From Desulfatiglandales bacterium (GTDB lineage: Bacteria; Desulfobacterota; DSM-4660; Desulfatiglandales; Desulfatiglandaceae), in the NCBI GenBank assembly GCA_963662465.1, contig OY759599.1, forward strand, positions 5,504,001 through 5,568,000: a DNA stretch of 64,000 nucleotides, read 5' to 3'. Numbering within the stretch: position 1 is the stretch's first letter; each line of letters begins with the position of its first letter. The notes beneath the pieces are model-generated. The model had not been told where the DNA came from and did no database searches. It worked only from the letters and a program-made list of their open reading frames with translations. Made by a program: the position numbers and the translations under genes. Below are positions 40,072 to 50,789 of this stretch, piece by piece.

Positions 40072-40649
40072 TGGCTAGTCCAAAACAACTTTGGGTGTTA
40101 GCCGGCGGGAATGGCGCAGGAAAGTCTACATTCTACGATCTGTATCTTGCCGAATACGGCATAAAGTTTGTGAATGCGGATTTGATAGCTAAAGATATCG
40201 ATTCGGAAAATCCGGAAGGCTTAAGCTATTATGCCGCAACCGTGGCCGCTAAAATCAGAGAAGACTTGATCTCACAAGGTGTATCCTTCTGTTTTGAAAC
40301 GGTTTTCTCTCATGAATCAAAGATTGATTTTCTTGCCCAGGCAAAGGTTAATGGCTATAAGATCATCCTTGTATATATCCATTTATTTGATTCAAGCTTG
40401 AATGAAGCCAGAGTCAAACAGCGTGTCGCAGAGGGAGGGCATAGCGTCCCAACCGAAAAGATTCACTCTCGGATACCCCGAACCATGCAACTTATTAAAA
40501 CAGCTTTACCTATAGTCGATGAAGCGAGAATTTTAGATAATTCCTCTAAGGACGATCCATTTCAACAAATCATTGTGATGAAGTCTGGAAACTATGAAAC
40601 AAAAGCAGAATCTTTACCGGAGTGGGCAAAGGATCTGCTTCCCACCTGA
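40071..40649 (+). CDS. Zeta-toxin-like P-loop ATPase/kinase
   Basis: LAGGNGAGKST, FVNAD, SFCFETVFS, RVAEGGHSVP, LDNS. Confidence 0.85.
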   Translation: MASPKQLWVLAGGNGAGKSTFYDLYLAEYGIKFVNADLIAKDIDSENPEGLSYYAATVAAKIREDLISQGVSFCFETVFSHESKIDFLAQAKVNGYKIILVYIHLFDSSLNEARVKQRVAEGGHSVPTEKIHSRIPRTMQLIKTALPIVDEARILDNSSKDDPFQQIIVMKSGNYETKAESLPEWAKDLLPT

Positions 40650-40774
40650 CGAAAACTCAACAAGGAATATGCTGACGAACACAAGCCGCAGGTGTTCGTA
40701 AGGGCTCACGAAGCGAATACGAGAGCCTTTGAAACGAGCATTCGCCAGCATATATTGGAATTCAAAGCTCGAAA

Positions 40775-41833
40775 TTAGTCAAAAATGGCCTGCACGAATT
40801 CTTCCGGATTAAAAACCCTGAGGTCCTCCACCTGTTCTCCAATGCCGATGAAACGGATGGGAATCCGGAGCTGGCTGGAAATGCCGATCACGATGCCGCC
40901 CTTTGCGGTGCCGTCCAATTTGGTGAGGATGATGCCCGTCAGCCCTAGTGTTTCTTGAAAGGCTTCCGCCTGTGAAATGGCGTTTTGTCCCGTTGTGGCA
41001 TCCAGAACAAGCCATACTTCGTGGGGGGCCCCCGAAAGCTTACGACCGATGACCCGGTGAATTTTCTGGAGTTCCTCCATGAGATTGATTTGGGTATGCA
41101 GCCTTCCGGCGGTGTCCACCAGGACCACATCGACTTTTCTGGCAATGGCCGCCGTTAAAGCGTCGAAGGCAACGGCGGACGGATCAGCGCCGGTCCCCTG
41201 CTTGATAACGGTGGCCCCCACCCGTTCTCCCCAGATGGTCAGTTGTTCAACGGCCGCGGCCCTGAAGGTGTCCGCCGCCACCAGCATGACGGTTTTTCCC
41301 TCGGACCTGAAACGGCTTGCCAGTTTGCCGATGGTGGTGGTTTTTCCAACCCCGTTTACGCCGGCCACCATGATCACCAGGGGGTCTTCGGGTTTTACAG
41401 GCCGATTTTCAGTGGGAGGATGATCCAATAACGCCAAGATATGGGTTCGCAACATTTCTCTCAGCTTGGTGGGGTCCTTCAGTTCTTTTTTCGTCACCTT
41501 CTCCTGAACGGCATCCAGCAAGCCCTGGGTGGTTGCCACGCCGATATCCGAGGTAAACAAAACCTCTTCCAGTTCCTCCATCAATTCTTCGGTAATTTCC
41601 TTCCTGCCCAAAAAAAGGCCGTCTATCCGGCCGGTGAAAGAGATCCTGGTTTTTGAAAGTCCGTGACGGAGCCGCTTAAAAACACCTTCCCGCGAGGTTT
41701 CGGGTTCGCCGACATTCGCTTCGACCACCTGAGCGTCGTGAGTTAATGAGGCGTCTTGCGGGGAATTTTTCGGCGCCTCTTTCGGGCTGTCCGCTTCATG
41801 GTTTTTGTTTTTTCTATTTTTGAAAATCGCCAT
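40775..41833 (-). CDS. ftsY: SRP receptor FtsY
   Basis: GVNGVGKTTTIGKLA, DTFRAAA, DTAGRL, TKLDGTAKGG. Confidence 0.96.
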   Translation of the reverse strand: MAIFKNRKNKNHEADSPKEAPKNSPQDASLTHDAQVVEANVGEPETSREGVFKRLRHGLSKTRISFTGRIDGLFLGRKEITEELMEELEEVLFTSDIGVATTQGLLDAVQEKVTKKELKDPTKLREMLRTHILALLDHPPTENRPVKPEDPLVIMVAGVNGVGKTTTIGKLASRFRSEGKTVMLVAADTFRAAAVEQLTIWGERVGATVIKQGTGADPSAVAFDALTAAIARKVDVVLVDTAGRLHTQINLMEELQKIHRVIGRKLSGAPHEVWLVLDATTGQNAISQAEAFQETLGLTGIILTKLDGTAKGGIVIGISSQLRIPIRFIGIGEQVEDLRVFNPEEFVQAIFD

Positions 41834-41895
41834 TTTCAATTGTTCCTTTTTTAAGTTTTCGAAATGATGGGTTTTTGGGTATAATTGTATATCTT

Positions 41896-44800
41896 TTAAT
41901 TGACGGAAATCCGATTCCGCAGATCTTGTATGTCCACGGATACGAGTTTTGAAACGCCTTTGTGTTCCATTGTGATGCCGAAAAGACAATCGGTAATGGC
42001 CATGGTTTTTCGACTGTGGGTAACCATGATGATCTGAGACTCCCTTTTTATCTTGGTCAGGAGATCGTTGAATCGATCAATATTGGCTTCGTCCAGGGGG
42101 GCATCCACTTCGTCCAGGAGGCAAAAAGGACTCGGTTTTATCATATAAATGGCAAAAATAAGCGCCATTGCCACCAGAGCTTTTTCACCGCCCGAAAGGA
42201 GGCCCATATGGCTCAGTCGCTTTCCGGGCGGTTGCACTTCCACCAGCACCCCGCTTTCCAGGGGTTTGTCTTTGTCCGTCAGCGTAAGTCCGGCCGTGCC
42301 GCCGCTGAAGAGGATGGGGAAGATCTCTTTGAGTTTTTGGTCCACCTCATGAAAAGTTTTGTTAAATTTTTCAAGGGACGTTCGGTTGATTTTTTTGATG
42401 GCGGCCCTTAAGGATTCTATGGCGTTCACCAGGTCTTGACGTTGTCCCAGGATAAAATCATGGCGATCCTTGAGCGCCTCATATTCCTTGATGGCCGTCA
42501 GGTTCACTTCTCCCATATTTTTCCGCACTTGTTTTTGTTTTTCAATGTTTTCCCTGGCGATCCGTTCGTCGAAATCATTGTACACGAACTGCTGATAAAT
42601 TTCCGTCATATCAAGGCCAAAATTTTCCTTGACCTTTTCCAGTAAACCGTTGATTTTGAAACGGATTTCCGACTGAGCCATTTGACTCCGGTTGATCTCT
42701 TCAGTGAGGCGATCCATATGGGCCTTCAGTTCCGCGGCCTTCTGTTCTTTTTCCCTGATGGCCTCCCTGAAGGCACGGTGATCCAGGTCCGCCCGGTTCA
42801 TGCCCGCTTCCGCCTGTTGCAATTGTTCATAGAGGTCTCGCAGGGCTTCTTTAAAGGCATTTTTTTTCTCGCTGCACGCTTGTTGCCGGCTTTCCCCGGC
42901 GCTCGTATCCTTCAAAATGGTCTCCAGCCTTTCCAGAGAATCGTCCAGATAGTTGTCGACCATGTCCATCTCACGGGATACGCCCCGTTGAGACTCCGCA
43001 CGGAGACGGCAATCCGCCTTGAGCTTTGAGGCTTTTTCACGGGAAAGCTCAAATTCCGCTTCCGCTTCTTTTAATTCCCGTTCTTTCCGTTCAAAATAGG
43101 CGGCTTCCCGCGCCTGTTTTTCCCGGCTTTCATGGAGTGCCGACTGTAGCTTTTCTAATTTTTCCCGCTGCTTGCTCTGATTCATCTCCTTTTGTTTGAG
43201 ATCATCCCGGATTTTCCGGGCAAGGTTTTCTGATTGGTCCAGTTCCTGGCCCAAACGAAACAGTATTTTATCAACATCGTTGATTTCATCCCGGCAGGAC
43301 CATTTTTCATCGGTCAACCGATGAACAGCGCCTTGATTTTCCTCCATTTCAGCTAAAATGTCTTCCAGTTGGAACCTCAGATCTTCAACCTTTCTTTTGT
43401 GTACGGCAACATCTTTTTTGAGCTCGACAATTTCCCTTTTTCTGGCCAAAAGACCCCTGGCGGTATGGGAAAGCCGGCCCCCCGTGATAATGCCCCGTCG
43501 ATCCACGACATCCCCGTCAGGGGTAACAAAACAGCGTGCGCTGCCATGTTTCCCGAAGGCGGCCAAAGCCGTTGGGATATCCTCGACCACGGCAGTGTTG
43601 TGCAACATGTCGTTTAGGAGCGGTGCGATTTCCTTTGATGTGGCAACAAAATTAAGCAGGGGCAAAAAATTTGCATCAATTTTGATGTTTTTTTCGGCAT
43701 ACAAGCGGTCGCCGATGGGGGCAAAACTGCCGATGCCCCTTGATTTCTCCTTGAGATACTGAACCGCGGCCGCAGCGTCGTCCGTTGTCATCATGACCAC
43801 ATATTGAAGCTTATCGGCCAGAACCGCTTCAACGGCCTTTTCATAGTGGGGATCCACCTGGATGAGATCCGCCAGAATACCCAGAACCCGACCCTGATTG
43901 CCCGGTGGAAAATCCCTGGCCTTCATGATGGTTCTGACCCCCGCTTTGTACCCTTCAAAATTTTCCGTGAGTCCTTCCAGGCTCGCCAGTCGGGACCGGC
44001 ACATGTTCAAATCAGCTTCAGCTGATGTCGCCTCGGCTTCAACACGTTTCTTGATGCTCGCCAGTTCACCCGCCTTTATTCCCGTTTCTTCAATAACGCT
44101 TTCTATCGCCAGAAGCTTGAGAGCGACAGCCTCCCGGACCTGGTTCTTTCTTTCGGAGGTTTTGAGAAGGGTTTCAAATCGCCGGGTGGTTTCCATCAGT
44201 TCATTTTCCAGCCGGGATCGACTGTCCGAAATCTGCGCCAATGCCTTGTTGAGATATCCCGTTTCATGACCCAGGCCGACCACCTGGGCTTCACTCGCGC
44301 TCATGTTTTTTCTTGCCTTTTCAAAATCCTCCCGAATTTCCTTGAACAGTCTTTTTCGCGTTTTGAGGCGTTCCTCCTCAAGGCGGGCTTCCGCCTCGAG
44401 GTCATCGGCTTCTCCTTGTAATTTAACCCTTTCCCGTTCCAGCTGATCCTTTTTGTTCTCCAGCGCCAAAACCCTGGTTTTGATTTCCCGTTGTTCTATT
44501 TCAAGGCGGGATCTTAATTGGGCAAGTGTTTTAATCTCCCCTTCGAGGGATTCCATGCCCGCCTCCATTTTTCCAACCCGGTCTCTACAGTCGGCATAGT
44601 CCTTGCGGCGGGCAAAGAGCGCTGCTTCCTTTTCCACGAGTTCCAGGTTCATGGCGGCAATCCCGGCCTCATGCCCGGACAGGGTTGCGGTCAAGTTGTT
44701 CTTTTCTGTTACAAAAGTGTCGGTGGAACGCATTTTCCCGTTGGCGTCCGCACGGAGACCGTCATAAATATTTCCGAAAAACCCCAATTCCAGATCTTGA

Positions 44801-45474
44801 ATTTTGCGGCTGAGGGCCTTGTATCGTTCGGCCCTGGCGGCCTGTCTTTTAAGGGATCGAATCTGCTTTTCGATTTCGCTCAAAATGTCGTTGACCCGTT
44901 GCAGATTGGTTTCGGTCAGTTCGATTTTTTTTTGGGATACCACCACTTTTTTTCGATATTTGGTAATCCCGGCAGCCTCCTCCAGCATGATGCGGGTTTC
45001 TTCGGGCCGCTGTTCAACGATGTTGCCGATCTGGCCCTGGCCGATAATGGAATAGGCTTTGTTTCCCAGGCCCGTATCCATGAAGACCTCCTGGATGTCC
45101 TTGAGCCTGCAGGAAATATTGTTGAGCAGGTATTCGCTTTCGCCGGATCGGTAAAGACGTCGGGTGATGGATAATTCCGAATGACCCGCAAATGCGGTTG
45201 GGATGTCGCCGGTTCCATTTTCGAAGAGGAGCGAGACTTCCGCCATTCCAAGGGGTTTGCTGTTGCCCGCGCCGTTGAAAATGACATCTTCCATTTTACG
45301 CCCCCGCAGTTGTTTCGGGCTCTGTTCCCCCATGCACCATCGAATGGCGTCAACCACATTGCTCTTGCCGCAGCCATTGGGGCCCACGACCCCACTGATG
45401 CCGGTTGGAAAGGTAATTTCCAGCCTTTCCAGAAAGGACTTGAAGCCGTGTATGGATATTTGCTTAATTCTCAT
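41896..45474 (-). CDS. smc: Chromosome segregation protein SMC
   Basis: GFKSF, GPNGCGKSN, coiled coils and hinge, LSGGEK, LDEVDAPLD. Confidence 0.96.
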   Translation of the reverse strand: MRIKQISIHGFKSFLERLEITFPTGISGVVGPNGCGKSNVVDAIRWCMGEQSPKQLRGRKMEDVIFNGAGNSKPLGMAEVSLLFENGTGDIPTAFAGHSELSITRRLYRSGESEYLLNNISCRLKDIQEVFMDTGLGNKAYSIIGQGQIGNIVEQRPEETRIMLEEAAGITKYRKKVVVSQKKIELTETNLQRVNDILSEIEKQIRSLKRQAARAERYKALSRKIQDLELGFFGNIYDGLRADANGKMRSTDTFVTEKNNLTATLSGHEAGIAAMNLELVEKEAALFARRKDYADCRDRVGKMEAGMESLEGEIKTLAQLRSRLEIEQREIKTRVLALENKKDQLERERVKLQGEADDLEAEARLEEERLKTRKRLFKEIREDFEKARKNMSASEAQVVGLGHETGYLNKALAQISDSRSRLENELMETTRRFETLLKTSERKNQVREAVALKLLAIESVIEETGIKAGELASIKKRVEAEATSAEADLNMCRSRLASLEGLTENFEGYKAGVRTIMKARDFPPGNQGRVLGILADLIQVDPHYEKAVEAVLADKLQYVVMMTTDDAAAAVQYLKEKSRGIGSFAPIGDRLYAEKNIKIDANFLPLLNFVATSKEIAPLLNDMLHNTAVVEDIPTALAAFGKHGSARCFVTPDGDVVDRRGIITGGRLSHTARGLLARKREIVELKKDVAVHKRKVEDLRFQLEDILAEMEENQGAVHRLTDEKWSCRDEINDVDKILFRLGQELDQSENLARKIRDDLKQKEMNQSKQREKLEKLQSALHESREKQAREAAYFERKERELKEAEAEFELSREKASKLKADCRLRAESQRGVSREMDMVDNYLDDSLERLETILKDTSAGESRQQACSEKKNAFKEALRDLYEQLQQAEAGMNRADLDHRAFREAIREKEQKAAELKAHMDRLTEEINRSQMAQSEIRFKINGLLEKVKENFGLDMTEIYQQFVYNDFDERIARENIEKQKQVRKNMGEVNLTAIKEYEALKDRHDFILGQRQDLVNAIESLRAAIKKINRTSLEKFNKTFHEVDQKLKEIFPILFSGGTAGLTLTDKDKPLESGVLVEVQPPGKRLSHMGLLSGGEKALVAMALIFAIYMIKPSPFCLLDEVDAPLDEANIDRFNDLLTKIKRESQIIMVTHSRKTMAITDCLFGITMEHKGVSKLVSVDIQDLRNRISVN

Positions 45475-45713
45475 CCCGACCTCCGCCATTCGGGTTTCCG
45501 AACCTTTTGGATGAGCGATTGGGGCCAAACGGCGATCAAAACGATTTCTACCATAATTTTAGGGGGTTGTAAATAAGAAATACAATATCATGTGATGTAA
45601 AATTTTGAAATGTCAAGATATAGTGCAGTTTTCCGTTTTTTGGAATGATGTTGACAACCTCTCCGTAAAATCTCTATTATCGGATGCCGGTATATTGAGG
45701 AGGAATAAAATTT

Positions 45714-46364
45714 ATGGAAATGATTAAAGCGATCAAAGAAAGACGAAGCACCCGCGCCTTCCTGGATCAAGCCGTGGATCAAGAGACCCTGGCATCGCTC
45801 ATTGATCTGGCCACGCAGGCGCCTTCGGCCATTAACCTTCAACCCTGGGAGTTGACGGTCGTGTCTGGAAAAGAGAGACAGCGATTGAGCCGGGTTCTGG
45901 TCAAGCGGATGAAGGAAAGAAACATCTCCTGTGGCCCGGGGGCAAAGAACCCGCTCTCCGACACCTTTATGGACAGGCAGCGGGGACTGTTGAACACCCT
46001 GATGCCCAATCTTCCTGAAAACACGGTGTTTCAGGATTTCATCAATGAGGGAAGTTGTAATTTTTACGGTGCTCCCACGGCCCTGATCATCAGCATCGAC
46101 CAGGTGTTTTCCAGCGCCCGGCTTACGGACATCGGCGTGCTGGTGGGCTATCTGGTTCTGGCCGCCCATGGCCTGGGGTTAGCGACCTGTCCCATCGGCC
46201 TGATTACGGCATTTGATGAGGACATCAAGGAGGAATTGAGCCTTTCGGACGAAAAACAAGTGGTTATCGGCGTTGCCGTGGGATATGCTGATCCTGAGGC
46301 GCCCATCAATCGCGGGCGGTCTGAAAGGGCGCCCCTTGGGGATGTTGTGAAGTGGCGGCAATAA
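45714..46364 (+). CDS. Nitroreductase-family protein
   Basis: RRSTRAF, APSAINLQPW, GLGLATC. Confidence 0.9.
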   Translation: MEMIKAIKERRSTRAFLDQAVDQETLASLIDLATQAPSAINLQPWELTVVSGKERQRLSRVLVKRMKERNISCGPGAKNPLSDTFMDRQRGLLNTLMPNLPENTVFQDFINEGSCNFYGAPTALIISIDQVFSSARLTDIGVLVGYLVLAAHGLGLATCPIGLITAFDEDIKEELSLSDEKQVVIGVAVGYADPEAPINRGRSERAPLGDVVKWRQ

Positions 46365-47227
46365 ACCCGGACATTTCCCCATCCGAAAACACTTACGGCC
46401 GGGTGGGCGTGGCCTTTTCCTCGGGGTTTTTCGGTTTTTTTGCTCATGCGGGGTTCCTGGCGGCTCTTCGGGAGATGGGAATTGCGCCCGCGGCCTATGC
46501 GGGCGCCAGTTCCGGCGCCATCGTAGCGGCCATGGCCGCATCGGGAATGAGCAATGACGGCATCCGGAACCTTCTGTTCAACCTCCACAAGACCGATTTC
46601 TGGGATCCCGATCCCCTGCCCAGGGTACTGAAGAGCGCCTTGCGACTGTTCCGGGGAACTACCGGGTATCTCAAGGGGATGGGTTTTGCGCGCTTGCTTC
46701 AAAGACTCCCGGCAAAACGATTCGAGGAATGCCTGTACCCCTTGGCCATTTCAGCCGTGGATGTCACCCACAGGAAAGAAAAGATCTTTACCAAAGGCGA
46801 TCTCATCAAGGCCATTCAGGCTTCGGGATCAGTCCCCATGCTTTTCCAGGCCACGGAAATTGATGGTGCGCTCTATGTGGATGGGGGCATCAGCAGCAAG
46901 GCGCCGGTGGAAGCCCTGGCCGACCTCTGTGAGCTGGATAGAATCCTGGTCCATTTTGTTACCTCGGAAAACATCAAGAAGAAGGGCAACGGTTTCATGA
47001 AAAAACGGTTTACCCCCTGGCGAATGCAGCACATCGCCATCAATACCGCCCGCATGGCGGATTATGAACGGCAGAAACGGATCGTGACATTACGAGGCGT
47101 GGAGGTCATCGAAATCAACACTGGCGGACCCGCCATGGGGCCCAACAGTCTCAGTGCGGGGCAGGCTGTATACGAAGCCGCAAAAATCTCGGGTTTAAAG
47201 CATCTGGAGAAGGTGTTCTCTAAATAA
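46352..47227 (+). CDS. Patatin-like phospholipase
   Basis: SSGFFGFFAHAG, GASSG nucleophile, DGG. Confidence 0.88.
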   Translation: MAAINPDISPSENTYGRVGVAFSSGFFGFFAHAGFLAALREMGIAPAAYAGASSGAIVAAMAASGMSNDGIRNLLFNLHKTDFWDPDPLPRVLKSALRLFRGTTGYLKGMGFARLLQRLPAKRFEECLYPLAISAVDVTHRKEKIFTKGDLIKAIQASGSVPMLFQATEIDGALYVDGGISSKAPVEALADLCELDRILVHFVTSENIKKKGNGFMKKRFTPWRMQHIAINTARMADYERQKRIVTLRGVEVIEINTGGPAMGPNSLSAGQAVYEAAKISGLKHLEKVFSK

Positions 47228-47441
47228 CAGGACAACCTGATGAATTCGCCCCCACTCAAGCAAGCTTATGATTTTTCGCGCTCTCCTGATTGACCGGTTT
47301 AGAAATCGAAAGATCAATTCTACCAAGAGGTGGGCGTAGTAAGGCATTTTGCAACACATCTTCTAGGGGAAAAGGCGCCTGGAAAATTGCTGGGGCAAAC
47401 TTCCGACTTTTGGGAAGAGGTGAGTTTGAGAGCAGCGCTGG

Positions 47442-47620
47442 ATGGCGTTCCTTCGCTTCAAGGGGTTGGAACATCCGGCGCTGATCGTTACTGATCTTCG
47501 ACTGCTCTCGAATCTATACGAAAAGCGGATGCATATTGCAGTATCCCGTGCATTGAGCCTCCTTCGAATTGTGGGTGTAGAAAGCGAGATTCGAAAAGAC
47601 AGAATCCCTAATAGCACATT
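47442..47620 (+). pseudogene. C-terminal fragment of a superfamily-1 (UvrD-like) helicase
   Basis: RFKGLE..LIVTD...HIAVSRA resembles helicase motifs V/VI. Confidence 0.5.
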
Positions 47621-47714
47621 TACAAGAGCCAGATCCAAAATGACATATCTGGGCCTCATAACCAAGTATGGGGGATATTGGATGTTCTCAACAGGATTCG
47701 CAAGCTCAATGAAA

Positions 47715-47832
47715 AGCGTTCGATAGCGAAGTGTTGCAGGAGTTCATTGAAAGGGCGCGAGGATTCTCTGGCCATATTGCGAAGCCGCTCATGTACCGAT
47801 ATGGAGATATTTTTGATTTTTCCGGCCATCAT
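47715..47832 (-). pseudogene. N-terminal stub of an AbiEii nucleotidyltransferase toxin
   Basis: MAGKIKNISISVHERLRNMARESSRPFNELLQHFAIERF, ATGA-coupled to abiEi, then similarity is lost. Confidence 0.7.
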
Positions 47833-48455
47833 AGAATCGCTTCGAGATAGGGGCGGATAATTTTCTTGACCCTGCAGATCGATGCGTAGTGCATGAGGTC
47901 ATCTACTTTAAGGGGCATTCGCTCTCGATAAAAACGAACCGCTTCCACAGCCGTATCGAGACCGATCCTGTTACGGAACTTGAAACAGTCGGCAAGCGTT
48001 TTTTCAGGGTTGTAGATGCGAACCTTCACACCATCCAATTCATGAATTTCAATGCCTTCCGTGAAAGCCTCGCCGCTGAACCTGTAGGTCTTGATCGGCG
48101 GATGCTCCAGACGAGGTTCCTCAGTGCCACGAAGCAAAGCCACATGAATTTCGTGGGGAATCTGGGTGGTGAGTTCATGAAATGACAGTGCCGAAATCAG
48201 GCAGACAACACCCAGGGGGATTCGCGTCGCAACCGTCACCAAATCAGGATTTCCCAACGGATCGATATCCGCGAGGCGATACACCCCCCGGCTGACCATT
48301 TCGAGTCTTCCCTCATCCCGCATGGCATAAAGCGTACTCGGATGGATTCCCGAACGAAGCGCTTGTGATGTACGGAGGATTCCACCACATTCCTTGAAAG
48401 CAGCGGCTGCCCTATCGAATCGGGAGCCCAGTTTGGCGTTTTTCCGGATTTTCAC
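47829..48455 (-). CDS. AbiEi-family type IV antitoxin / transcriptional regulator
   Basis: RGVYRL, CLISALSFHELTTQIP, YNPEKTLADCFKFRNRIGLD. Confidence 0.88.
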   Translation of the reverse strand: MKIRKNAKLGSRFDRAAAAFKECGGILRTSQALRSGIHPSTLYAMRDEGRLEMVSRGVYRLADIDPLGNPDLVTVATRIPLGVVCLISALSFHELTTQIPHEIHVALLRGTEEPRLEHPPIKTYRFSGEAFTEGIEIHELDGVKVRIYNPEKTLADCFKFRNRIGLDTAVEAVRFYRERMPLKVDDLMHYASICRVKKIIRPYLEAIL

Positions 48456-48499
48456 GATATATATACCATCATTTATTGTTTTATGTTGGTATCTTTATC
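48456..48499. promoter_or_regulatory. Inverted repeat upstream of abiEi (probable autoregulatory operator)
   Basis: GATATATATACCATCAT / ATGTTGGTATCTTTATC, a 14/17 inverted match with a 10-nt spacer. Confidence 0.55.
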
Positions 48500-48602
48500 A
48501 AAATTGGTCTGTTTGTCAAGCGTGAAACAGGACTGAATCCTGAAATGGATCAAAGGTCTGAGTGAAAAAACAATCAGATTTTTCAAAAATATTTTTCACC
48601 TG

Positions 48603-48634
48603 TGACCGTATCTGTCAAAACCCCCTGTTAATAT
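48603..48634 (+). promoter_or_regulatory. Putative WYL-regulator box plus -10 (copy A)
   Basis: TGAC-CGTATCT-GTCA, and TGTCAA-N10-TAATAT. Confidence 0.6.
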
Positions 48635-48695
48635 ACCTGCCGGAAGAAGGTTTTTCACCGGCTGAATTATCCCGAACAGCAGGAATCTCACGAAG

Positions 48696-49343
48696 TATGA
48701 CAGTCCCCAATTCCATAGCAAAGAAAGAATGATGTCATCCAATCTTCGCGCCATGAAATCCGAACAGGTCAATTATTCCATCAGATCTTCGGGGGAATTC
48801 CGATCTGACCAGAGCGCTATATGGGATGGCATCGCTGAAAAAGCGACCAGGATGAGCGCTTCGTCTCCCACCGGCGCCATGGCGGCCATTTATGACAAAG
48901 AGAGACCTTCCATAGACGAGTATGTTCAACCATTCCACCTGATCGACTCTCAGATCGGTGCTGTTTTCATGATAAACGGCAAGGTTGCCGGTACGGATGC
49001 CTTCGGTAAACCGGGAACCTTTTCAAAGGTTTTCAAGAAGCTCCTTGAAAGCTACGCTCTCGATGCCATCGACTGGTATGATCCGCACCAGGAACAAAAA
49101 GCACTCAAAAGTGAAGTCACCAAATTCCAGAAAGCGGTACTTGCATCCCATGTTGAAAGTGGCCCGTCTGTTGGGCTAGGCGTTGACTTTCAGCTTGAAT
49201 CAAAGAAGGTCACCGGTTTCGCATTGGCACTTGCTGATCAGGTTTTACATATCTCCATTTTCGAAAGGACGAATGAAGGAAGAGGAAAAAATCAGGAATC
49301 TCGAATGAGACGTTTTTCGGACAGACGAAGAAACAGGGTATGA
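48696..49343 (+). pseudogene. 5'-deleted ARPP-1(DUF6569)-like gene
   Basis: Paralogue of 53642-54292. The leader is joined to mid-gene at a TAT microhomology (~450 bp missing). Confidence 0.85.
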
Positions 49344-49592
49344 GGAGATGCTTCCTCGTCAACCGCTTCGCTTTCTTTTGGCCGATGACCCGGGTGCCGG
49401 CAAAACCATCATGGCGGGGCTCTTGATCAAGGAGCTCATGGTTAGAGGTGATTTGGCCCGCTGTCTGATTGTATGTCCCGGAAACTTAGCCGAGCAATGG
49501 CAGGATGAACTCTACCGCCGTCTGCAACTCCGATTCAAAATCCTTACAAAAGATATGCTGGAAACCTCGGTTACGGGGAACGCTTTTCAGGA
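49339..49592 (+). pseudogene. SNF2 helicase fragment (Walker A region)
   Basis: [33 protein letters not shown]...[13 protein letters not shown]. Confidence 0.8.
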
Positions 49593-49925
49593 AACTTACT
49601 TGGGCTTTCCACACAGATGCCCATGAAGATTGTTTATCTCACCGATGGTCGATCCCGTACGGTGGAAATTGGAAAAAAGCAGATCATCCTGAAGCAGACC
49701 ACGCCGCGAAATATGGCAACGGCAGGCAAAATAAGCGGATTGCTTATTCAAGCCCTGAGACATTTGGGGCGACCCCATGTGGATGACGAGATTATTGCAC
49801 GGCTCAATCGACGGCTGAATGATGATGACAGAGAGCAGTTGCTGAAAGATGTCCGCTTTGCACCCGCCTGGATCGCTGACATCATGCGGCAGCTGGGCAA
49901 GGAAAAAGGAAACGAAACAGCGTGA
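49593..49925 (+). pseudogene. C-terminal half of a DUF6088-like (AbiEi-type) antitoxin
   Basis: [22 protein letters not shown]...LIQALRHLG...APAWI. Confidence 0.7.
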
Positions 49926-50552
49926 ACAAATTTTTGTCTTTCTCCGAGGCGCGTAGGCGAACCGTCTGCGAGCAGGCCCAGAACAAACTTGGCCTGCCGC
50001 CGGCAACCATTGAAAAAGACTTCTGGGTCTGTTGGACGTTGAAAAAGTTGTTCACATTGCCGGAATGGGGTTCCAGACTCACGTTCAAGGGTGGAACTTC
50101 CCTTTCAAAAGGATGGGCACTGACTGTTTCCGCAATCACACATTACCATAAGAACGGTATCTCCCCATCGCACCTTTTGGGAAAAAGCCCTGTTGCTTCA
50201 TGAAGAGACTTTTCGACCACCGGAGAAGAAAAGAAAAGCGCGGATGGCGAGGCATTATTATGACTTATACCGTCTGATTAAAGCCGGCATCGGTGGTGAA
50301 GCCGCTGATGATCTCGAACTTTTTGAGCGGATTACCGCCCATCGCCAAGTCTATTTTCGCTTTATCTGGGTAGATTACAAAACCATGCACCCGGGTGATT
50401 TGAGGCTTGTACCGCCAGAAAAGGAGTTCGCACTCTGGAAATCGGATTATACGGCAATGAAAGACGAGATGCTTTTTGGAAAGCCGCCCGAATTTGAGGA
50501 GATGATTCAAACTGTCAAGGATTTTCAGGACGAGTTCAACGATATCATTTGA
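49922..50552 (+). pseudogene. AbiEii toxin with an internal deletion
   Basis: IEKDFWVCW and FKGGTSLSK, then a jump at ~50122 to RTFWEKALLLHEE...RHYYDLYRL in another frame. Confidence 0.8.
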
Positions 50553-50554
50553 TT

Positions 50555-50785
50555 GCTATCGACTTCCATTATGAACAAATGATTTTGGGACTTATAGAGG
50601 AATTTGGGCATGTGAAGCGGAAAGATGTGGATTAATTGCTGCTGGATAAACTGCCTGATGTGGTTACCCCGAAACAGAAAGTTAACAAAATCGGAAACTT
50701 GTTAGGCAAGCTCAGGGAAAGCGGAGCAATTGTCAACTCAGGAAGTCGGACAGCGCCGTTTTGGGAAATGGCTAAGAAAGGGTAG
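50555..50785 (+). pseudogene. C-terminal HTH fragment resembling AlbA_2/ATP-binding (RecG-C-like) proteins
   Basis: YEQMILGLIEEFG...LLDKLPD...KIGNLLGKLRESGAIVNSG...W with an internal stop. Confidence 0.45.
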
Positions 50786-50789
50786 AATT

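Noticed and set aside
25297..45528. Long 5' extensions of recD, recB, ftsY and smc, and many overlapping antisense ORFs in the track
   Set aside because: The extensions overlap neighbouring real genes, and internal starts fit better (RBS or family N-terminus). The antisense ORFs are shadows of GC-rich genes with no motifs.
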